A stretch of DNA of 18,626 nucleotides from Ginkgo biloba (Eukaryota > Plantae > Ginkgophyta): positions 127,196,336-127,214,961 of the forward strand of contig JANKJI020000004.1 in the NCBI GenBank assembly GCA_024626585.2. The letters are read 5' to 3'. Every line of letters begins with the position of its first letter. Position 1 is the stretch's first letter. Shown here in pieces: positions 11,710 to 18,626 of this stretch. The notes beneath the pieces were generated by a model. That model did not search any database. It was not told the origin of the DNA and was given only the letters and a program-made list of their open reading frames with translations. The position numbers were made by a program, and so were the translations under genes.

Positions 11710-11984
11710 ATCTCCTATTTCATGTAATTTTTCTAAAGAAAGCCTTGTTTAGGCATGATAATGTTCTACTTTCATATGTGGATGTGGAGGAAGTAGAACA
11801 AGAGTTGTGTGATCCATTTGGTATATCAAAGGAAAGAACAAGAAGGTTGTGGAATAGGGATATAGTTAGAGTATCTCATGGAATGGTAAAAAAAGCCATT
11901 GAAAGAAGCAACTTGGCAATCAACAACTTTTCGTTGAGAAGTTGGGCTCATTGAGGGCAATGATGTCGGAGGGGCGATGAGAGA
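11710..11984 (+). mobile_element. Ty3/gypsy chromovirus copy C: end of GPY/F module + chromodomain + PPT (decayed)
   Basis: LFHVIFLKKALFRHDNVLLSYVDVEEVEQELCDPFGISKERTRRLWNRDIV(frameshift)... Nucleotide-collinear with 10660-10931 (e.g. gctcattgagggcaatgat in both). A purine tract precedes TGTGAC at 11985. Confidence 0.9.
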
Positions 11985-12672
11985 TGTGACAACCTAGAAA
12001 AGCCATGCGAATCTTGTCTCGTTGGGTGTGAATAAACCCAAGTGGTCATTGGACGCTAATGCATGTGTTTTCGAGCTTATAATAAGTGCTTTAGATAAAG
12101 TCATAAGGAGATAGAGTTTTAGGAGGAGAATGCCTAGGGAAATGCTCTAGGTAGGGGTGCCTACCCTTTTAATGTAATTGGAGCTAATGAGAGGCTACAA
12201 AGGTCTCCTTGAGGTATTAAAGCAACTTCAAGGATAAGATAAGCCCTTATGTGGAGCATTATGCCTTGTTTTTGTTATATTAAGGGGTTTTGTTAGACTT
12301 AGACAACCTTTAAGACTCTCATGATATTCTTGTTTGAATGCTTTCTATCTCCTTAGAAGACAATTGTGCATTATAGCAAAAAATCTCTCTTGCAAGTTGT
12401 TAATTTTGGGCACTGCCTGCTTTCTTCATACTTAGAGCCAGAGGGACCTCTTTTGCAATGACTTCCATTGGCATTTATATTGTTTGATTGCTAAGATCTA
12501 ATTCTTAGGTGAGGGCAACCTAATTGGAGGCAAAAGGAGGGACTCTCATTACACTTGGAGACCCGACAAACCTCATTATGGAGTCATTGCATTTCTAGAG
12601 GCCCAACNNNNNNNNNNNNNNNGTTCCTGCATTGGTATTGAACCAGATTTCCCTTATAGGCTAGCCGTTGCA
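11985..12672 (+). repeat. 3' LTR of chromovirus copy C (~690 bp, TG...CA)
   Basis: Starts TGTGACAAC and ends GCCGTTGCA. Diverged direct repeat of 10932-11591. Confidence 0.85.
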
Positions 12673-12857
12673 CTTTGAGGAGTTGTTCTTTGATGTTCTA
12701 CAACATTGTTGTTTTCTAGAAGGTATCGTTTATGGATTTTGTAAGTATTTCTTGGATAGTACTTTAGTATTTATTTTCTAGAATACATGTATGGCATATT
12801 TTTCTATATTTTAAGATAGATTTGTATTTCTTTTTGGTATTCACTATCTATGGGGTT

Positions 12858-13635
12858 CTAAGCCCCGACTAAAGGGTGGATAGACCCCCAAAGTAGGGCA
12901 CCCTTATTTATAAGGGCGTTTTTGTGTGATTGGCCATTGTAGTGGTCCTGTAGTGCATTTAATTTCATGCATGCTCTTTGAAATAAAATGTCGAAATCTT
13001 CCCTACTTCCTACCCCCAAAACCCAAGTGGCTTGGCCTAGGGTTGTTTATTCTCTAAATGGAGACCTTTCGGGGGAATAGTTACCTTGGTCAAAGGTGCC
13101 TTTGTATGAGGCATTATTTTAGCCATTAAATGTACTGGTTGGTCATACAAATAATTGGCTATTTCCCAAATATGCTTGAATGGATGTTCGTGCTTCTTTC
13201 TACTGACTATGGCTATTGGTGTAGTTGTAAGACCAATAGCTATTATTGTTATTATTGGTGGATGTTTGTTGTGGCAGTCATGTTTCATGGCTTGTTGGTG
13301 TAGCAATGATAATCGGTAGGATTTTTTNNNNNNNNNNNNNNNNNNNNNNNNNNNNNNNNNNNNNNNNNNNNNNNNNNNNNNNNNNNNNNNNNNNNNNNNN
13401 NNNNNNNNNNNNNCTTGATGCCATAGTTGCTAGAATGGCCTATGCTTGGCATCCTTGGTCAAGTGGGGTTGAAGTTTGGAATCGAGTGGATCTTTAATAG
13501 TTGTTGGGTGTTGATGGTTGCATTTATGCATCAGAGGTTTGGTTGCCTGCTTTGTTCAAGCCCATAGGCAGTCCCCATGGCCAATGGAAGGTGGTTGGGT
13601 ACATATCTAAAAAACAACCCTAGTCTAACCATCCC
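12858..13635 (+). repeat. Dispersed repeat, probably a solo/partial LTR; copy 1 of an inverted pair
   Basis: Collinear with the reverse complement of 16624-17424: ctaagccc, gtagggcaccctt, catgcatgc, tggtgtagttgta, cggtaggatttttt, gcatccttg, gttgcatttatgca, gtccccatg and caaccct.gtcta occur in the same order. It may extend left towards ~12690. Confidence 0.8.
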
Positions 13636-14224
13636 TAGCCTGCTAAACTATAAATTGATGCGCTAATAGTACAGCGGCCATAAATTAACGATTGTTATTT
13701 CTTCTCTAGCACTGCACATTAATTTTATGACTATTTTCTCTTCTGAGCGCATGACTAAAGTTGCCTCGCTCTCTTTGCATGTCTAATTAGCTTTTTTTTG
13801 CAGGTTTGGGAGAGCAGACCTTTATAGAAAACAAATCAATAACCGTTAATATTATCAAGAAGATCAAGCTTCTAATCAAGTCCATCAATGATGGCGACAG
13901 TATAACCTGATATCAAAAGAAACTGACAATATAATGGGTAGGCAACACTATGCCTTCAAGTTTTGATAGTGAACATTCAATTACAGATAGGCATAACTCT
14001 CAAAACAAGTTACTAACCTACACAATTTCTGGTCAAAATACCATGTCTTATTTATGTTGCTGCCTTAATGGTGAGCAGTAAATCTTCCAAGATAGAACTT
14101 GTCTCAAAAAGGCCATGGTTACAACTAGGAGGCACCATACAAGGCTAGAGGCACAATAAATTTCGCTTTATGTCTCAATGGACAAAAAGGTGCGAAGGTA
14201 ACCAAACATCTAATTTTGCATTAC

Positions 14225-16250
14225 ATTGAACAAGATCTAAGATGAAGAATTTGTAGTTTCCTGGATATTGCCAATCTTATTTGTAGCATAAAATAACAGT
14301 TGCATGATTGGTGAGCTCAAGGAGTTGCTTCAAAATGTTAGAATGCTTGGGAGCAGGAATGTGCATTTCCAATTTTTTGATATCAATTGACCCCTTAGGC
14401 AGTTCAAGAGTGCATCCAGTTAGATTATCCATTGAGTGAGGACAGGTTCATCTCAACCGCTAATCCTGGTTGTCTCCATCTCCCTTGGTAACAATTTTGC
14501 CAATTAACACTCGTTCAAGTTCAAAGTTCCATCTCGCATCTTAATCAAAAGGCAATTAACACAAATGCTGCCCGCACAAATGTTCTTTCAGGGTGAACTA
14601 GAGTCCTTATATGCTAGACTTACTACTAGTTTTTATCAAGTCAACGTTTTTAGGCTTATGGCTTTGGAGCTTAATCTTCAAAGTCAAAATGCCTGTGAAC
14701 AGATATTATCTACAGGCCCCAGGTTAACTATTTTATACAATTTCAAATTTCTAAAACAATTTATAGTTTTTTTGCTTTCGAAAAANNNNNNNNNNTTTTT
14801 GTCACAAAGAAATGTTTGTGTGGCAGTCTTCTTATAAAAAAAGTTATCAAAAGGGTTTTTCCATTCCCGTAACAAATTGACATTTACTTATGACAGGGTT
14901 TCATCTTTCCATAATTTTAATATACACATTTTACGTCTTGCATTTCACCTGACAGGAACTTCATTCCTGCAATTCCCAAATGAAAGAAACTTTGGCATCT
15001 CACTCAATTTCAGCAGCTGAGAATGATAACGAAAAAATCTNNNNNNNNNNNNNNNNNNNNNNNNNNNNNNNNNNNNNNNNTCCTTTCAATACTCTATCAT
15101 GTCCAAAATAATGTTAAAACATTGTATTTAATTGCATCACAAAATTCTGAATTCTTGAGAATTATAAACTATGCATCAATGAGGGAAAAAGAAGCCAAAC
15201 CACGCCGAGTCCAAGCAATGCATAAGTTGTTAATCCAAAACCAACCAAGGCATTCTTCCCAAACGCAGCCTGAAAAATAAAAAAGTCAAACTTTTAGTCA
15301 AAGTAAAACTCATATCCAAACACAACCATAAATGACTTCCACACCTGTATAAAAGAGTTGATCCTAGATGCTATCACAAACAGATAGTGTACCCTTTAAT
15401 TCTGTCAGCTGCATCTCCCATATATTATTTAATCTCAATTCTTAAAAATCTCAACTTCTAAACACTTGAAGATTTAAAGGTTCATGCAAAACCATTGCTT
15501 AAAATGGCAGGCCTGCTGAAAACAGTTCTTAGGCAGTTCTAAACAAGCATGGATGATAATAAATTACTTGTCACTATCAATGAAATAGGGTATATCCTCC
15601 CATTAGAAATGGATTGTTGATAGCTCTGCCCAGATCTGAATTTAAATTATCATGACCATGGAGGAGTTTGAAAGAAGGCTTTGCAATGATTAAANNNNNN
15701 NNNNNNNNNNNNNNNNNNNNNNNNNNNNNNNNNNNNNNNNNNNNNNNNNNNNNNNNNNNNNNNNNNNNNNNNNNNNNNNNNNNNNNNNNNNNNNNNNNNN
15801 NNCTAGCATATTTCTAGAATACAAGTAGGGACAAATGAGCATAATAGAATTTCCATCAGTAAACTCATCCTTTCAAGCAAATGTAAATGATGATCATTTT
15901 AAGAAGTGACCAAACAGTCATTGTGCTAAGAAAACCTATTGAGGCCTACTCAAACATTTTGTTGCATAGGAGTCCAAAGTATCTACCCATTAATAGAGTG
16001 AGACTATTCTAAATTATATTTTCAATGATCAATGGATTCTGATTGATCAGTTCTTATCAATTCCTCAAACCAGCTGCCATGCTTTTTTAGTTCTCCTATG
16101 GCATGTTCAATTGTTTCCCATATGCCCCTCCTCATCTTTTCTATGATTCAAAGGGAAATCTCAGCTTTTGAATGCAAACCATGAAACTTGGATAAAATGA
16201 ATTTGCAATTTAACCTGTGCTAGTTCTATCATAGGAATGGCTTTCCAACT
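14225..16250 (-). pseudogene. Eroded LRR region of an NLR (NB-ARC-LRR) resistance-gene pseudogene
   Basis: Minus-strand fragments in shifting frames: IWETIEHAIGELKK (~16083-16124), ESIDH*KYNLE (~16008-16040), LELPK (~15528-15542), QLTELK (~15394-15411), LLYRCGSHL...SLTFLF/SGCVWEECLG (~15245-15355), LLKLSEMPKF (~14988-15017), TLNLNEC*LAKLLPRE (~14480-14528), NLTGCTLELPKGSIDIKKLE (~14367-14426) and KLQILHLRSCS (14227-14259). All fit LxxLxLxxCxxLxxLP or P.SIG.LK.LE. Individually weak, collectively consistent. Confidence 0.55.
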
Positions 16251-16623
16251 TTAGCTTAACCTTAAATGAAGCACAAATTTAGCTTTAGCTTTCATCCATT
16301 AGCAAAAGAAGCAAAGAATGCACATGCATGCCTTTCTACAACATTCTACTAAAGTGGCACATGCTATCCTCAACATCCTAATTTTCTATATAACCTTGCA
16401 TCTATTTAATGCAAAGGCAATCCATTATAGAGAATCCCTTTAGGGTTCAATCCATTGTAGGCAATCTAGAGGATTCGCATTAGTCACAACAGATATTTGG
16501 AGTGAGCAAGCAAATATTTAGCTTTTCACGTAATTTATAACTCTGTTGTATATTACACACAATAGATATTNNNNNNNNNNNNNNNNNNNNNNNNNNNNNN
16601 NNNNNNNNNNNNNNNNNNTTAGT

Positions 16624-17424
16624 TGTAGAAAGGACAAGTAGACCAGGGTTGACTTGCCACTAGGACTTCAACTACCTTTCTGTTGGTCATGGGGACATCC
16701 TGTAGAGCTTGAATAATGCAAGCAACCAAAACTACAGTGCATAAATGCAACTATCAATGCCTCGTAGCTATTAGCGATCTACTAGACTCCACCCCACAAA
16801 CCCATATTGTCAAGGATGCTAGGCATAGGTCATTTAGACCCCTCTTCAACATCAAAATAAACACTACAGAGCTAGGGAATTCTGTGTTGGTCATAAATGA
16901 TTTATGACACTAAACCCTAGGTCTACATCAATAGACCCTAACCCAAAAAATCCTACCGTTTCCAAAATCCATCATGGTTGCACCTACAAACCATAGGTTG
17001 TGACTACAACAATAGCCATCCAGTTCATAACTACACCAATAGCTACAAGCCCTACAACTACACCAACAATTGCAGGCATGTAGAAATTCCATGGACACCC
17101 ATCTAGCTAAAGGCATCAAATACCAACGATCAATAACCTTTAATCAATGCATTCAAGGGCAAACAAGAATCTTCATAACGAGGTGCCTTCAATAAAGGTT
17201 TCAGATCCCCCAAAAGTCTCTGGTCATAGTCATAACTACCCTAGACAAAGTCGTTAGGGCTTCTGCAGTGTAGGTAGGGAAAATTTTAGAAATTATATTA
17301 AGGCATGCATGCAAAAAACAAAATTCATTAATGTAGCATAAATGCCTTAAAACATAATAAATGAGCCCTATGACCAAGGGTGCCCTACCCCAAGAAATCT
17401 ACAACACTTAATGTTAGGGCTTAG
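16624..17424 (-). repeat. Dispersed repeat, probably a solo/partial LTR; copy 2 of the inverted pair, lying within the NLR remnant
   Basis: Its reverse complement aligns to 12858-13635. The left boundary TGTAGA (16624) looks like an LTR terminus; the right side is cut by a 100-N gap. Confidence 0.8.
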
Positions 17425-17619
17425 NNNNNNNNNNNNNNNNNNNNNNNNNNNNNNNNNNNNNNNNNNNNNNNNNNNNNNNNNNNNNNNNNNNNNNNNNNNN
17501 NNNNNNNNNNNNNNNNNNNNNNNNAAGGTTTACATTTTGTGGCTGTGTACCAGTTTATCTCCATTGTTTGCAGATTCTCACCCAATCAGTTTGATCCAAT
17601 TCACTTCGGTGTTCAAGTG

Positions 17620-18105
17620 TGTGCTTCCCCGAGCTCACGCCATATGTATATACATATATGTAGGTACATATGTGAATATGTATGTACATATGTACATATA
17701 TATGTGCATTTGTACATAGATATATGTACATATGTATCTCTATGTGTGTGTGTGTAGTNNNNNNNNNNNNNNNNNNNNNNNNNNNTCTCGATCCGGGAGT
17801 TTGTCAACTTGTGATGGTGAAGGAGGCAGGAAACCAAACTCCACCAAATCATTCAAAAGACGGGAATTCCTAAATCTATGGTGATCACACACTTTAAATT
17901 CGGAGAACAAAGTCAAGAATCACTTGGGAAAAAATAAAGCAAAAGCGAAACTACTAACTCTAATATTCTACCACTATAAATCTACGTCTTCAAGAATTGA
18001 AACTAATTATCAAATGCTTAATAGAAATCCTATCTACAGGTACAGCCAGTAATTATTAGAGTCAATAGGGGCCCTTCTACAAACACTAACAACTTCTGCA
18101 ATGGT
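17620..18105 (-). pseudogene. Eroded C-terminal half of an NB-ARC domain (GLPL, RNBS-D-like and MHD-adjacent motifs)
   Basis: IAEVVSVC followed, after a frameshift, by GPLLTLIITG (18045-18074: GGG CCC CTA TTG ACT CTA ATA ATT ACT GGC, two C/T transitions from GLPLTLIITG). Then NIRVS and FFPSD (~17915-17970), LNDLVEFGFL (17827-17856) and IWRELGE (~17625-17645, cf. MHD.LRDLG). Motif order is correct for NB-ARC and lies upstream of the LRR fragments on the same strand. Confidence 0.55.
17641..17757. repeat. Degenerate alternating purine-pyrimidine microsatellite (TA/CA/TG mix ending in (TG)n)
   Basis: catatgtatatacatatatgtaggtacatatgtgaatatgtatgtacatatgtacatatatatg...tatgtgtgtgtgtgta, with recurrent TACATATG palindromic units. 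Confidence 0.9.
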
Positions 18106-18626
18106 CTTGAATCACCAAAACTATCCATCTTCTCATTTCATTTGCCAAGTATTTATACATCCTATCATCATGTCGGTTTAATCGTCTGTAACTAACTGGA
18201 ATGGTTATAATTATATTATAACTGTAAAATATATATTTTAGTCTTTCCATTCATAAACTGACTGGGAAATGCACTACATACTAGTGACTCATAGTACATT
18301 TGAACTTAGTCACTAACATAGGTTATTTTATAGGCATTATAAAGGAAAGGATACAAAAGGGTAAAATAGGAATGGCATTAAGATTGCTAGTATATAGGTC
18401 CAATCTTGAAGTCATACTCCCTTTGTTAGCAAAATCTAGTGCCATACTTGCCAAATCACTAAATTATGATAAGTAAAATAGTTGCTTATCATTTCCCCCC
18501 TGCTTGCCTTATGCTATCCTTAGTAGAATAAGTCACCTCTGGCTGGATGTTTGGCTACATTATTTTTGTTGGGCTAAAGAGTCATGGTACATAAAATCTT
18601 AAAGATTATATCCTCATGGTAGCTCA

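Noticed and set aside
13790-13910. Strong + strand splice acceptor (ttttttttgcag|G at 13803/13804), possible exon VWESRPL* or RFGRADLYRKQINN
   Set aside because: It is isolated, with no recognisable protein or partner exons; such acceptors arise by chance in T-rich DNA.
13880-15269. Spliced minus-strand gene: phase-compatible exons AAFGKNALVGFGLTTYALLGLGV (15201-15269), LLKLSEMPKFLSFGNCRNEVPVR and LYCRHH*
   Set aside because: The splice-like signals are real, but I recognise no homologue, and the same bases are explained by decayed LRR frames. RNA-seq junction reads would be needed to revive it.
14394-15539. Exact 12-mer cttaggcagttc at 14394 and 15528 as a possible target-site duplication
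   Set aside because: Both copies encode ELPK on the minus strand, better explained as LRR unit similarity or chance; there is no element structure between them.
8-16920. Single TTTAGGG/AAACCCTA telomere-like heptamers (near 8, 16439 and 16912)
   Set aside because: They are isolated copies expected by chance or within LTRs; there is no array.
12858-17424. Pack-MULE/foldback element with long TIRs capturing gene fragments
   Set aside because: The NLR remnant appears to continue outside the right arm (17.6-18.1 kb), the arms are strongly diverged, and no TSD or MULE-type termini are visible.
17574-17616. + strand AG...GT-bounded mini-exon (R)FSPNQFDPIHFGVQ
   Set aside because: No homologue recognised, and it lies antisense within the NLR remnant. 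It cannot be supported without transcript data.
1-18626. Prokaryotic or viral systems (CRISPR array, operon, defence island, endogenous virus), tRNA/rRNA genes
   Set aside because: No regularly spaced repeats, dense ORFs, structured RNA signatures or viral domains were seen; all recognisable motifs are plant nuclear.

Overview
This is not a prokaryotic locus. It is AT-rich, CpG-poor land-plant nuclear DNA from a fragmented assembly, with 19 N-runs totalling about 3.0 kb; four are exactly 100 N and are probably unknown-size gaps. The style of the PPR and NLR fragments weakly suggests a gymnosperm-like large genome (inference only). No intact protein-coding gene is visible: all long ORFs in the supplied track are N read-through artefacts, and the short ones are decayed fragments or antisense noise. 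The window is a layered graveyard of decayed sequences: (i) two L1-type LINE fragments on opposite strands (ORF1 zinc-knuckle region; ORF2 3' end with poly(A)); (ii) two PLS-class PPR pseudogene fragments in divergent orientation; (iii) four Ty3/gypsy integrase-C-terminus/chromodomain + PPT + LTR remnants, three from one family and two of those head-to-tail with about 1.05 kb period; (iv) a diverged pair of ~0.8 kb repeats in inverted orientation; (v) a heavily eroded NB-ARC-LRR (NLR) pseudogene on the minus strand (~14.2-18.1 kb), absent from the ORF track as a recognisable unit, interrupted by one of those repeats and by a purine-pyrimidine microsatellite. I find no support for a novel functional system. 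The best leads are the hidden NLR fossil and the repeated chromodomain-PPT-LTR module. All translations and alignments were done by eye.
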